Under the pieces are notes generated by a model. It was given only the letters and a program-made list of their open reading frames with translations, was not told the origin of the DNA and ran no database searches. Shown in pieces: positions 29,641-39,369 of a stretch of 64,000 bases of DNA (positions within the stretch are counted from its first letter, which is position 1; each line of letters starts with the position of its first letter). The position numbers and the translations under genes are program-made. Source of the stretch: an uncultured Gemmatimonadales bacterium (GTDB lineage: Bacteria > Gemmatimonadota > Gemmatimonadetes > Longimicrobiales > RSA9); the NCBI GenBank assembly GCA_963798085.1, contig CAWCRS010000007.1:704001-768000 (forward strand), written 5' to 3'.

Positions 29641-31953
29641 TCAGTGAACGAAGGCGCGCTGTCCCACGCGCCGGCCCTGCGCGTCCACGACGATCGGGAT
29701 GATCTGCAGCGGACTCTCCACGATCTCGATGGGCGGGCGGCGTCCGAGCATGTCCTGCGCCGCATCCGCGCCCCCCACAGTGTAGCCCTCGGCGTTGTTC
29801 ATGTTGACGACGTAGCCCAGATCCTGAAGTGACCCGACTGTGATCGCACTGAGCGGATTGGACGACATGTCCAGCCAGCCGGTCATCAGCTCGTTGCGCA
29901 ACACCGATTCACGCCAGTGACCGTCGCGCGTGCCGGCGCCACCCATGTTCTCCACGGGCACCGGTGTGCCGCCGTACGCGGAACCGCCCGCGCCCTGAAA
30001 TTCGGCCACGGCCTCGGCGCCCTGGAAGTAGGGATCGGACGAACCGGCGCCTACGAGCAGACTGCCCCAGTACGTGCCGATGCCCAGGATGTGACCCATT
30101 CCGTGCGTGATGACATTGACCAGTTTGCCGTTCGCCTCGAGCATGGCGACATCCGCGGCATCGAGCCGCATGGCGCCCACCACCGGCAGGCCGCCCGCAG
30201 ATCGCAGATAGCACGGGCCCGCCGAGCCGAGCACGTTCCCCGGCCCATCGATGTTCACCACGTTGATGAGGATGAGGATATCGTCGACGTTCTGGTTCAC
30301 CGCCGCGTGCGTAATGCCGCACGCGTTGGCCGGGATGTCCACGTGCACGTCGGGCAGGTCGCCGGCAATCACGCCCGCCCAGCGGCCGGCCGCCGCGTAG
30401 AACGCGCTCTGCTGCGACGCTGTCAGGCTGCCCGAGAACTGCACCGCAATGTCGTAACTGCCATTGCCGGGCGTGCCGCTGCCACCGCCGGTACCGCCAC
30501 CTGTGCCACCACCCGTGCCGCCGGTACCGCCGCCCGTGCCGCCCGTGCCGCCGCTGCCGCCGGTACCGCCCGTGCTGGTGGCGGTGGCGGCGAAGTAGAC
30601 GCTGGGCGCGCCCGTGGTGCTTGCTGACAGCGTGTTAGACCCGGGCTGGCCCAGCGTCCAGCTGCTCAGCGATGCGATGCCGCTGCCGTCGCTGGTGGCG
30701 GGCGAGCCGGCGATGGCGCCGCCGCCGGCGGTGATCGCGAAGGTCACGGCAGCGCCGGGCACCGGGTTGCCCAGTGCGTCGATCAGACGAACGGCGGGCG
30801 GGAGTGTCACCGCGGAGCCGGCCGGCGCGGACTGGCCATCACCCTGCACCAGTGCGAGGCTGGCGGGCGCACCCGGCTTGCCGGTCGCCGTGAAGGTGAC
30901 TGTGAGGGCGCCCAGCGTGGCGCGCAGCGTGTTGACGCCGGCGTGCGGTCCGAGCACCCACTTCGCCAGTTTCGCCTGACCGACGGTATCGGTGCTGATC
31001 CCCGTGGCGACGGTCGAGCTTTGCGAGCCATCCACGGCACCTTCGCCGGCCACGACCTGGAACAGCACTTCCGCAGCGGATACGGCATTGCCCCACGCAT
31101 TGGCCACGCGCACGGCGGGCGATATCGCGACCGCCGTAGCCACAGTGGCGCTCTGGCTGTTGCCGCTCACGATAATGAGGGAATCAGGCGCGCCTGCCAT
31201 GGTCATGGCGTGGAACGTGACTTCGCCGGCGCCCGGAACAGAAACGAGGAGCGCCTGCGGCCCGCTGCGTGTGCCCAGTGTCCAGTCCACGACCGCGACA
31301 CCGCTCGTGCTCGTCCGTGCATTCGCATCCGCCACGCTGCCGCTGCCCGGAGCGGGCGTGAAATGAACGGCGACGTCGCCGGCGGCGTTGCCGTTGGCAT
31401 CGGTGACCTGCACGGCCAGCTGCGCCGCCACGCTGGCCACGCGCGCGGTCTGCCCGTCACCGGAGACGATGCTCACGCGGGCGGGCGCTCCCGCCGTGCC
31501 CTGCGCGGTCACTAACACGGGTGTCAGGCCCGGCGCTGCGGCCTGCAGCGCATTGCGACCAGCGCGCGCGCCCAGCGTCCAGGCACCGGGACTGGCCACG
31601 CCACGCGTGTCCGTGGACACACTGGCGCGCGCCACGCTGCCCTGGCCTTCGAGGATCGTGAAGTTCACGGTTACGCCCGCCATGGGCGAGCCGTGCTGAT
31701 CGAGCAGGCGAAACGCGGGCGCGTCCGCCAGTACACTGCCGGCGACGGCAGTCTGCGCATCACCGCTCGATACTTCGAGCGTGGTGGGCAGAGAGGGCTC
31801 GACAGCGTTCTCGCACGCGGCCAGCAGCAGAGCGGCAACAATGCCACTCAGCAGCCGGCTCGCGGCAGAGCTTCGGCGTTCAGCCAAACCGTGCGTTATC
31901 GGTCGCTGGCAGTTCGAGTTGTTCAAGCTGGTAGCGCGACAGCGTGCGATCAT
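29641..31953 (-). CDS. Ig-like (Big_1) repeats + leishmanolysin-like (M8) metallopeptidase lipoprotein; HExxH reads HGMGH
   Basis: LLAAC; repeated SGDxQT.. Ig units; Gly/Thr linker; IDGPGNVLGSAGPC, THGMGHILGIG, HWRE...NELMTG, LSAITVGSLQDLGY. Confidence 0.88.
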   Translation of the reverse strand: MIARCRATSLNNSNCQRPITHGLAERRSSAASRLLSGIVAALLLAACENAVEPSLPTTLEVSSGDAQTAVAGSVLADAPAFRLLDQHGSPMAGVTVNFTILEGQGSVARASVSTDTRGVASPGAWTLGARAGRNALQAAAPGLTPVLVTAQGTAGAPARVSIVSGDGQTARVASVAAQLAVQVTDANGNAAGDVAVHFTPAPGSGSVADANARTSTSGVAVVDWTLGTRSGPQALLVSVPGAGEVTFHAMTMAGAPDSLIIVSGNSQSATVATAVAISPAVRVANAWGNAVSAAEVLFQVVAGEGAVDGSQSSTVATGISTDTVGQAKLAKWVLGPHAGVNTLRATLGALTVTFTATGKPGAPASLALVQGDGQSAPAGSAVTLPPAVRLIDALGNPVPGAAVTFAITAGGGAIAGSPATSDGSGIASLSSWTLGQPGSNTLSASTTGAPSVYFAATATSTGGTGGSGGTGGTGGGTGGTGGGTGGGTGGGSGTPGNGSYDIAVQFSGSLTASQQSAFYAAAGRWAGVIAGDLPDVHVDIPANACGITHAAVNQNVDDILILINVVNIDGPGNVLGSAGPCYLRSAGGLPVVGAMRLDAADVAMLEANGKLVNVITHGMGHILGIGTYWGSLLVGAGSSDPYFQGAEAVAEFQGAGGSAYGGTPVPVENMGGAGTRDGHWRESVLRNELMTGWLDMSSNPLSAITVGSLQDLGYVVNMNNAEGYTVGGADAAQDMLGRRPPIEIVESPLQIIPIVVDAQGRRVGQRAFVH
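30470..30575 (-). repeat. Gly/Thr low-complexity linker (GGTGG repeats)
   Basis: GGTGGSGGTGGTGGGTGGTGGGTGGGTGGGSG within the CDS. Confidence 0.8.
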
Positions 31954-32231
31954 GATTCATCCTTCGTGACGCGGATCTTCCCGCGTGTCGCGCGCGAGAA
32001 AGTGCAAGGTAGGAGCCCTCTGCGGAAGGCCTAGCGCGAAGCTCGACGGGCGGCCGCTGCCGAACCCGGATCGCGCTACGTCACAAGGAGTTGAAGGGCA
32101 GGCGACGACCGTGCTCCGGTGCGGCGGGTGCGCAGCCGGCGGCGGCCCGGGGGCGCGGGCTGACTACGAAGTGACGTGGATCGGGAAAAGCTTCGCCGGC
32201 CGGCAGCACCGTGCCGGCGAAGCGGGCGGGC

Positions 32232-33206
32232 TCAGATTTCGTCGGCGAGTACGTCGAGGTCGTCGCCGGCCAGAGCGCGGTCCCAGGCGAGGGCGCGGGC
32301 GGGCAGGACCAGTACGGGCGCTTCCGCGGCGCGGATCACCTTGTCGGCAACGCTGCCGATGACGGCGCGGCGCACCGGTCCGCGGCCGTGCGTGCCGACC
32401 ACGATCAGGTCCGCGTTCTGCTCCTGCGCCTGCTGCATGATGGTCTCGGCCGGGCGGTTGGCGCCGATCACGCAGCGGTTCACGTGCGGCCACACGAGAG
32501 CGGCGCGGCGCGCCATGCCGTCGAGATAATCGCTGGCCTCATTCATCGAGCGATCCAGCTCCCCGGCCGCGTCCACCATGGCGTCCGGCACATACGCCGA
32601 CAGCATGGGCACGGGCGGGAACGCGATGCGCAGCAGCGTGCACGTCGCTTCGGGCGCGCGCGGCATGGCGGCGAGCGCATCGATGGCCGCTTCCAATGTC
32701 GCGGACCCGTCGAGTGCTACCAGCACGTTAGCAAAGGCATGAAAGTCGGGCACGGGCGTGGTCGAGCTGCGCGGCCGCACCACCAGCATGGGCATGTGCA
32801 GGCGGCGCAGCAGACGGTCTGCGACACTGCCGATCCAGGCCCGCCTGATGCCGCCGTGGCCATGGGTGCTCATGACCACCAGCTCAATGTCGCTTTCATG
32901 CGCATACGTGGCGAGCAGGGGCGCGACCCCGCCCTGCAGCAGCGTCGTCACCGTGTGCAGTCCCTGATCCGCTTCCAGCGTTCTTGCCAGGGCCTCCAGG
33001 TAGGTACGTTCACGCGCCACAATGAGCGAATCGAAGCCGGTCTCGAATACGGCTGGCGCCGGCCGCACCGCTTCCGGCCGAATCGCGTTGTGCACGGAAA
33101 CCAGGTGCAGTGTGGCGCCTGTGTGCCGTGCGATGGCCATGGCGAACGGCAGGGCCTGTTCGCTGAAGGGCGAGCCATCGAGTGGCAGCATGATCCTGTT
33201 GAACAT
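32232..33206 (-). CDS. Universal stress protein, tandem USP domains
   Basis: IMLPLDGS...VVMSTHGHGG..IGSVAD twice; GAGGAGG RBS. Confidence 0.94.
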   Translation of the reverse strand: MFNRIMLPLDGSPFSEQALPFAMAIARHTGATLHLVSVHNAIRPEAVRPAPAVFETGFDSLIVARERTYLEALARTLEADQGLHTVTTLLQGGVAPLLATYAHESDIELVVMSTHGHGGIRRAWIGSVADRLLRRLHMPMLVVRPRSSTTPVPDFHAFANVLVALDGSATLEAAIDALAAMPRAPEATCTLLRIAFPPVPMLSAYVPDAMVDAAGELDRSMNEASDYLDGMARRAALVWPHVNRCVIGANRPAETIMQQAQEQNADLIVVGTHGRGPVRRAVIGSVADKVIRAAEAPVLVLPARALAWDRALAGDDLDVLADEI

Positions 33207-33438
33207 TGCGCACCTCCTCGCACGGGCATCCGATCCTCGCTCCATCATGGCCGGATGCTGCGCGTGCGTCTGCCGGAGCAATACCTCAGGAGTGTCGGGC
33301 GGAAGTGGATGTTCTGTAGGGAAAGTGTCCAGGCAGGAGAGCGCGGCTCTTGACCCGGGCCGGCACGGCCTGATCCATTACCGCCGTTCCCCCGGGTCCG
33401 AGCGACTCGGGCGACTCCCTTGCCAGGAGGCAGGCTCA

Positions 33439-35049
33439 ATGCGCACACGCGCAGGCATCCCGCAGCGCGGTCCACGATACTTCGTCGCCTGCAGCATGAT
33501 GCTGGGCCTGCTGTGCGGCGCGCAGGCCGCGCGCGCGCAGGGACGTGGTGTGGCTCCGCCGTTCCACGTCGTGGAAGCGACCATCGCGCAGATCCACGCC
33601 GCCATGCGTGCGCACCAGCTGACGGCGCACCAGCTGGTACAGCTCTACCTTGACCGTATCGCCGCGTACGACAAGCGCGGTCCCTCGATCAACGCCATCA
33701 CCCGCGTGCATCCGCGCGCGCTCGCCATTGCCGATTCACTCGATGCCATCTTTGCGAAGACAGGTCAGTTCGCAGGCGCGCTGCATGGCATTCCCGTGAT
33801 CGTGAAGGAGAATTACGACGCGTACGACCTGCCCACGACCGCGGGTGCGCGGGCACTGGCTAACAGTGTGCCACCGGATGACGCCTTCATGATTCGCAGG
33901 ATCCGCGAGGCGGGCGCCATCATCATTGCCCGGTCGAACATGGCCGAGTGGGCGTTCAGCCCGGTGGAAACGATCGGCTCGCTGCTGCCCGGCTACACGT
34001 TCAATCCGTACGCATTGAATCGCGTGACCGCCGGCTCGAGCGGTGGCACCGCGGCCGCGGTGGCCGCCAGTTTCGGCACGGTGGGCCTGGGCACGGACAC
34101 GGGCAATTCCATCCGCGGTCCGTCCTCGCATCAGGCGCTGGTCGGCATTCGCCCGACCATCGGTCTGACCAGCCGCAATGGCATCATCCCGCTCTATCTG
34201 GAGCGTGATGTGGGCGGGCCCATGACGCGCACGGTCGAGGATGTGGCGCGCATGCTGGATGTACTGGCGGGTCAGGACGCGGCGGACTCCGCCACGGCCG
34301 CGAGCCAGGGCAGGATCCCGCCCACCTACACCGCGTTCCTCGACCGCAACGCGCTGCGCGGTGCCCGGCTGGGCGTGGTGCGCCGCCTCTCCAACCGCGC
34401 GGATGGTGACAGCGAAGTCATCGCGCGCTTCGATCAGGACATTGCCCAGCTGCGCCGGCTGGGCGCCACGGTGGTGGATTCCGTGGATGTCTGGGTGCTG
34501 GATTCCGTGCGTGTAACACTGTGTTCGAGCTTCCGCCGCGACCTCGAGGCCTACCTGGCCACACTGGGCCCGGCCGCGCCGTATCACACGCTCGAGGCGA
34601 TCATCGCATCGCGTGAATACCATCCGTCAGTGGAGACGCGGCTGCGCAATGCCATGCGCGACAGCACGGCGGGCGATCCCGAGCGCTGCCGCCAGGCGGC
34701 GGAGAGCAAGGCGAGATTCCAGGAGGGACTGCACCGCATCCTCAGCGGGAATCATTTCAATGCGCTGATCTATCCCACGTGGGACAACCCGCCGCGGCTG
34801 GTGGGTGACCTCACGACACCGGCCGGCGACAACAGCCAGAATCTCGCGCCGCCTTCCGGCTTCCCGGCCATCACGGTGCCCGCGGGCTGGGTGCGCGAGG
34901 GCACACTGCCCATCGGGCTGCAGCTGCTGGGTGATGCCTGGACCGAAGGCCGTCTGATCGCACTGGCGTACGCCTGGGAGCAGGCGACGCACTACCGCAA
35001 GCCGCCGCCGTCCACGCCACCACTTCCGCAGGTTCCTCGCCGTCGCTGA
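33439..35049 (+). CDS. Amidase signature family protein, exported
   Basis: LHGIPVIVKEN, GSSGGTAAAVA, GTDTGNSIRGP; signal ending AARA; AGGAGG RBS. Confidence 0.93.
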   Translation: MRTRAGIPQRGPRYFVACSMMLGLLCGAQAARAQGRGVAPPFHVVEATIAQIHAAMRAHQLTAHQLVQLYLDRIAAYDKRGPSINAITRVHPRALAIADSLDAIFAKTGQFAGALHGIPVIVKENYDAYDLPTTAGARALANSVPPDDAFMIRRIREAGAIIIARSNMAEWAFSPVETIGSLLPGYTFNPYALNRVTAGSSGGTAAAVAASFGTVGLGTDTGNSIRGPSSHQALVGIRPTIGLTSRNGIIPLYLERDVGGPMTRTVEDVARMLDVLAGQDAADSATAASQGRIPPTYTAFLDRNALRGARLGVVRRLSNRADGDSEVIARFDQDIAQLRRLGATVVDSVDVWVLDSVRVTLCSSFRRDLEAYLATLGPAAPYHTLEAIIASREYHPSVETRLRNAMRDSTAGDPERCRQAAESKARFQEGLHRILSGNHFNALIYPTWDNPPRLVGDLTTPAGDNSQNLAPPSGFPAITVPAGWVREGTLPIGLQLLGDAWTEGRLIALAYAWEQATHYRKPPPSTPPLPQVPRRR

Positions 35050-35197
35050 TCGCGGACCCTCGCCACTGCACATGAGCGGCGGCTCGCGCCGGCGGGTCGC
35101 CCTTCTGGGTAGTACCACGCCTGCCGCCGCTCCACGCATGTTTGTCGAGAGCCCGTGTGAAGAAACGGGCGCGACATCCCGCGATGAAGGAGAGCGC

Positions 35198-36139
35198 ATG
35201 AGTACGAACCCTGTGGCCGGGGTACTGGCCGCCGCGTCGGATGAGCTGGCGGCGGCCGTCGAGAAGGCGGCGCGATCACTGGTGGCGATCCACGCGCGTC
35301 GTCGCATACCCTCGAGTGGTGTGCACTGGACGCCGGGCGTCATTGTCACCGCGCACCACACGCTGGAACGGGATCGCGACATCGAAGTTGCGCTGCCCGA
35401 CGGGACGCATGCGGCCGCGCAGATCGCGGGCCGCGACCCGGGCACCGACCTGGCGGTGCTGCGCGTGGATAACACCGAGTTCGAGACGGCGCCGCCGGCC
35501 GACGCGAACCGCCTGCGGCCGGGCAGCCTCGTGCTCGCGGTGGGCAAGCCGTCCGATGAAGGCGTGAGCGCGAGCCTGGGCATCATCAGTGCGGTGGGCG
35601 GCGAGTTCCGCACGTGGCACGGCGGCCGCATCGACCGGCTCGTGCGCCTCGACATCAGCATCCACGATGGCTTCTCCGGCGGTCCGCTGATCGACGCGAC
35701 GGGCGCCGTGCTCGGCATCAACACATCCGCGCTGGCCCGGCGGGGCGGCGGACTGACGCTGCCCGTGACGACGGTCGAGCGCGTGGTGGCGCAGCTGCTG
35801 GCGAAAGGACGCATTGCGCGCGGCTACCTGGGCGCCGGGCTGCAGCCGGTCCGCCTGCCGCCTGCGCTGCAGCAGGCGGGCGGTCGCGGTGCCAGCACGG
35901 GATTGCTGGTGACGCTCGTGAGTCCGGGCGGGCCGGCCGAGCGGGCGGGCCTCATGCTGGGCGACATCATCGTCGGATTCAATGGCTGGCCCATCCGCGA
36001 TCTGCGTGACCTGGCCGCACTGCTGGGTCCCGAGACCGTGGGCAAGCGCACGAAGCTGGAGCTGATCCGCGCAGGCCAGGCGCTGACCCTGGAGGTCGAA
36101 GTGGTCGAGCGCTCCGCGCGGGAGGACGAATGGTCATGA
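35198..36139 (+). CDS. S1C (HtrA-like) serine protease with PDZ domain
   Basis: VTAHH, TDLAVL, GFSGGPL triad; GYLG and GPAERAGL..GDII PDZ. Confidence 0.9.
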   Translation: MSTNPVAGVLAAASDELAAAVEKAARSLVAIHARRRIPSSGVHWTPGVIVTAHHTLERDRDIEVALPDGTHAAAQIAGRDPGTDLAVLRVDNTEFETAPPADANRLRPGSLVLAVGKPSDEGVSASLGIISAVGGEFRTWHGGRIDRLVRLDISIHDGFSGGPLIDATGAVLGINTSALARRGGGLTLPVTTVERVVAQLLAKGRIARGYLGAGLQPVRLPPALQQAGGRGASTGLLVTLVSPGGPAERAGLMLGDIIVGFNGWPIRDLRDLAALLGPETVGKRTKLELIRAGQALTLEVEVVERSAREDEWS

Positions 36140-36861
36140 ACCCGCCTAACGGGAAGTTTGGCGCGCATCCCGGCAGTACCGGCGACGACGGGTGGCGCAG
36201 AGTGACCGGCGCGACGCCGGCACTGGGCGAGGCGCTGGATCACGTGGCCCGGCTGCTGCGCGCCAGCACCGTGCAGATCACGGTTGCCGGTGGCTCCGGC
36301 GGTGCGGGTGTGGTATGGAGCGCCAATGGCGGCATCATCACGAATGCGCACGTCGCCAGACGAGATACCGTGACGGTCACGACGCCCGACGGGCGGGCGC
36401 TGCACGGGCGTGTCGAGCGACGCGACGCGCGGCGTGACCTGGCCCTGCTGCGCGTCAATGCGCAGGACCTGGTGCCCGCAGCACCGGGCGATGACAGCGC
36501 CCTGCGACCGGGTCAGCTGGTGCTCGCGTGCGGGCATCCGCTGGGCTGGACCAATGCGCTCGCGGTGGGCGTCGTGCACCGCGTCGAAGCGGGCGAACCG
36601 CCGGGCCATGCGCGCTGGATCCACGCGGATGTGCGACTGGCGCCGGGCAACTCGGGCGGCCCGCTGGCCAATGCGGCGGGACGCGTCGTCGGCATTAACA
36701 CCATGGTAGCATGGGGGCTCGGCCTGGCCATCCCGGTGTCCGCCGTGCAGCGCTTCCTGCAGGGCGCGCCCCCGCTTCGACGGAGCGCGCTCGTTCCCGC
36801 GGGCATGCGGCTGAGCCGCAACGCGCGTACGCCGCGGACGGGAGGCGAGAGAGCCAGGTGA
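36136..36861 (+). CDS. Trypsin-like S1C serine protease without PDZ
   Basis: ITNAHV, DLALL, GNSGGPL; ATGA overlap with the upstream gene. Confidence 0.88.
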   Translation: MNPPNGKFGAHPGSTGDDGWRRVTGATPALGEALDHVARLLRASTVQITVAGGSGGAGVVWSANGGIITNAHVARRDTVTVTTPDGRALHGRVERRDARRDLALLRVNAQDLVPAAPGDDSALRPGQLVLACGHPLGWTNALAVGVVHRVEAGEPPGHARWIHADVRLAPGNSGGPLANAAGRVVGINTMVAWGLGLAIPVSAVQRFLQGAPPLRRSALVPAGMRLSRNARTPRTGGERAR

Positions 36862-37451
36862 TCCGTGTGCTCGTCGCGACAGCGCTCGAGCTGCGCTCCG
36901 CCATCGAGGCGCTGCTCGAACGGGCGCCGGACATCTTGCTCGTGCGCCAGCGGTCTGATGTGCGCCACGTGACCAGCAATGGTGGCGCGGATGTGGTGAT
37001 CGTCGACGCTGATGGGAATGCGCCGTGGCCGGGTGCGGCTGCCGTCGTCCTGCTCGCGGACCGTCCGGGCAATGTGTGGGTGGATGCGCTGCGTGCGGGC
37101 GCACGCGCCGTGGTGTCCACGCGGGCCAATGCGGAGCAGCTGCTGGCTGCCGTGCGCGCGGCCAATGCCGGGCTGGCCGTGCTGCCGGCCAGCCTTGCGC
37201 GCGGACTGACAGACGGCACACCGCACCGGGCAGGGATGACAGGTGAACCCGCGGAGCCGCTGTCACCGCGCGAAGAACAGATCCTGCGCATGCTGGCGGA
37301 GGGTCTGGGCAACAAGAGCATTGCCGGGCGCCTGGGCATTTCGCGGAACACCGTGAAGGCGCACGTTTCCTCGATCTTCGCCAAGCTGGGTGCGGGCTCG
37401 CGTGCGGAAGCAGTCGCCATCGGTGCGCGCACCGGCCTCATCATACTCTGA
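36858..37451 (+). CDS. NarL/LuxR-type regulator with degenerate receiver
   Basis: LSPREEQIL..LAEGLGNKSIA..LGIS.NTVKAHV HTH; GTG start overlapping the upstream stop. Confidence 0.88.
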   Translation: MIRVLVATALELRSAIEALLERAPDILLVRQRSDVRHVTSNGGADVVIVDADGNAPWPGAAAVVLLADRPGNVWVDALRAGARAVVSTRANAEQLLAAVRAANAGLAVLPASLARGLTDGTPHRAGMTGEPAEPLSPREEQILRMLAEGLGNKSIAGRLGISRNTVKAHVSSIFAKLGAGSRAEAVAIGARTGLIIL

Positions 37452-37471
37452 CAACAGGCAGTCGATAACAC

Positions 37472-39361
37472 ATGGCTTCACGCGGCCCGATGCGCACGGC
37501 CCACGGCCCGCCGTCGTTTGCGCGCGGCGAGCGCGTGCCCTGGAAGCAGCGCTTCCGGGCGCTGCGCAACCTGCCGCCGTTCCTGCGCATGATCTGGCAG
37601 ACGCACCGCGGCCTTGCCGTCGCGATCGTGGTGCTGCGCCTGGTGCGCTCGTTCGTGCCTCTGGCGGTGCTCTGGATCGGCAAGCTGATCATCGATGGCG
37701 TAGTGGGTGCGATGGCCGACCATGCGGCGAGCCGGCCCGTGCCCTGGCTGCACCTGGGCGAGCTGGTGCTGCTGGAGCTGGGCATCGCGCTCCTCGGCAA
37801 TGCCATCGCACGCACCAACAGCCTGTTCGAGGGGCTGCTGGGCGATCTGTTCAGCAACCGTGTAAGCGTACGCCTGATGGAGCATGCCGCCACACTGGAC
37901 CTGGCGCAATTCGAAGACCCCGAGTTCTACAATCACCTGGAGCGGGCCCGCCGGCAGACGGTCGGGCGCATCGGTCTGCTGAGCAGCGTGCTGGGCATGG
38001 TGCAGAGCATCATCACGCTGGCATCGCTCACGGCCGCGCTCGTGCTGTACGTGCCCTGGCTGCTCGTGCTGCTGGTCATTGCCGTGCTGCCATCGTTCAT
38101 TGGCGAGACCCACTTCGCGGCGCGCACGTACTCGCTGCTGTTCAAGTGGACGCCCGAGCGCCGCATGCTGGACTACCTGCGCTACACGGGCGCCAGCGAT
38201 GAGACGGCGAAGGAAGTCAAGCTGTTCGGCATCTCGAACTGGCTGATCCGCCGCTACGAGAAGCTGGCCAACGAGTATTTCCTCGCCAACGCGAAGCTCA
38301 CCATCCGGCACTCCCTTGTGGCGTGGCTGCTGGGTGCGGTGGGCGTGCTGGGTTACTACGGCGCCTACGCGTGGATCATCAGGCTCACGGTGCAGGGCTA
38401 CCGTTCACCGGCAGGCCTGTTCACGCTGGGCGTGCTCACGTTCCTGGCGGCATCGTTCCGGCAGAGCCGCGACCTCATTCAGGGCGTGCTGCTGGGCACA
38501 TCGCAGTTGTACGAGCAGGCGCTCTACCTGAGCGACCTGTTTACCTTCTTCGAGATGCGCCCGCGCATCGCATCGCTGCCCGGTGCGCCACCAGTGCCGC
38601 AGGTGATCCGGCGCGGGTTCGAGTTCCGCAATGTGGGCTTCCGTTATCCGGGCAGTGAGCGCTGGGCCGTGCGCCATCTCTCCTTCGTGCTGCGGCCCGG
38701 CGAGCGCCTCGCGCTGGTGGGTGAGAACGGCGCGGGCAAGACGACGCTCGCCAAGCTGCTGGCGCGTCTCTACGATCCCGACGAAGGCGAGATCCTGCTC
38801 GATGGCCAGGACCTGCGCAGCTACGACCTGGCCAGCGTGCACGCCGCGATCGGCGTGATCTTCCAGGATTTCGTGCACTACGACTTCCTGTTCCGCGAGA
38901 ACATCGGTGTCGGCGAGATCAATGCCATGGAGGATCACCCGCGCGTCCAGGAAGCAGCGCGCCGCAGCCTGGCCGCTGACGTGGTCAGTCGACTGCAGGC
39001 AGGCTACGAGCAGATGCTGGGACGGCGCTTCAATGGCGGCGTGGAGCTGTCGGGCGGCGAGTGGCAGAAGGTGGCGCTGGCCCGTGCCTACCTGCGCGAC
39101 GCACAGGTGCTGATCCTGGATGAACCCACTGCGTCGCTCGACGCACGCGCCGAGTTCGAGGTGTTCCAGCGCTTCTCCGAGCTGACACGCGGCAAGATGT
39201 CCGTCCTCATATCGCACCGCTTCTCCACCGTGCGCATGGCGGACCGCATCCTGGTGCTCGAGGGCGGGCAGATCATCGAGCAGGGCACGCACGAGGCGCT
39301 GGTCGCCCGGCGAGGCACGTACTCGGAGCTGTTCGAGCTGCAGGCCGCAGCCTACAAGTAG
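37472..39361 (+). CDS. ABC exporter, fused permease/ATPase
   Basis: TM region; GENGAGKT, LSGGEWQK, ILDEPT, ISHRFST. Confidence 0.94.
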   Translation: MASRGPMRTAHGPPSFARGERVPWKQRFRALRNLPPFLRMIWQTHRGLAVAIVVLRLVRSFVPLAVLWIGKLIIDGVVGAMADHAASRPVPWLHLGELVLLELGIALLGNAIARTNSLFEGLLGDLFSNRVSVRLMEHAATLDLAQFEDPEFYNHLERARRQTVGRIGLLSSVLGMVQSIITLASLTAALVLYVPWLLVLLVIAVLPSFIGETHFAARTYSLLFKWTPERRMLDYLRYTGASDETAKEVKLFGISNWLIRRYEKLANEYFLANAKLTIRHSLVAWLLGAVGVLGYYGAYAWIIRLTVQGYRSPAGLFTLGVLTFLAASFRQSRDLIQGVLLGTSQLYEQALYLSDLFTFFEMRPRIASLPGAPPVPQVIRRGFEFRNVGFRYPGSERWAVRHLSFVLRPGERLALVGENGAGKTTLAKLLARLYDPDEGEILLDGQDLRSYDLASVHAAIGVIFQDFVHYDFLFRENIGVGEINAMEDHPRVQEAARRSLAADVVSRLQAGYEQMLGRRFNGGVELSGGEWQKVALARAYLRDAQVLILDEPTASLDARAEFEVFQRFSELTRGKMSVLISHRFSTVRMADRILVLEGGQIIEQGTHEALVARRGTYSELFELQAAAYK

Positions 39362-39369
39362 CCGCCGCC

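Noticed and set aside
33022..33438. Upstream extension of the amidase ORF
   Set aside because: Overlaps the divergent USP gene; RBS and signal peptide support ATG 33439.
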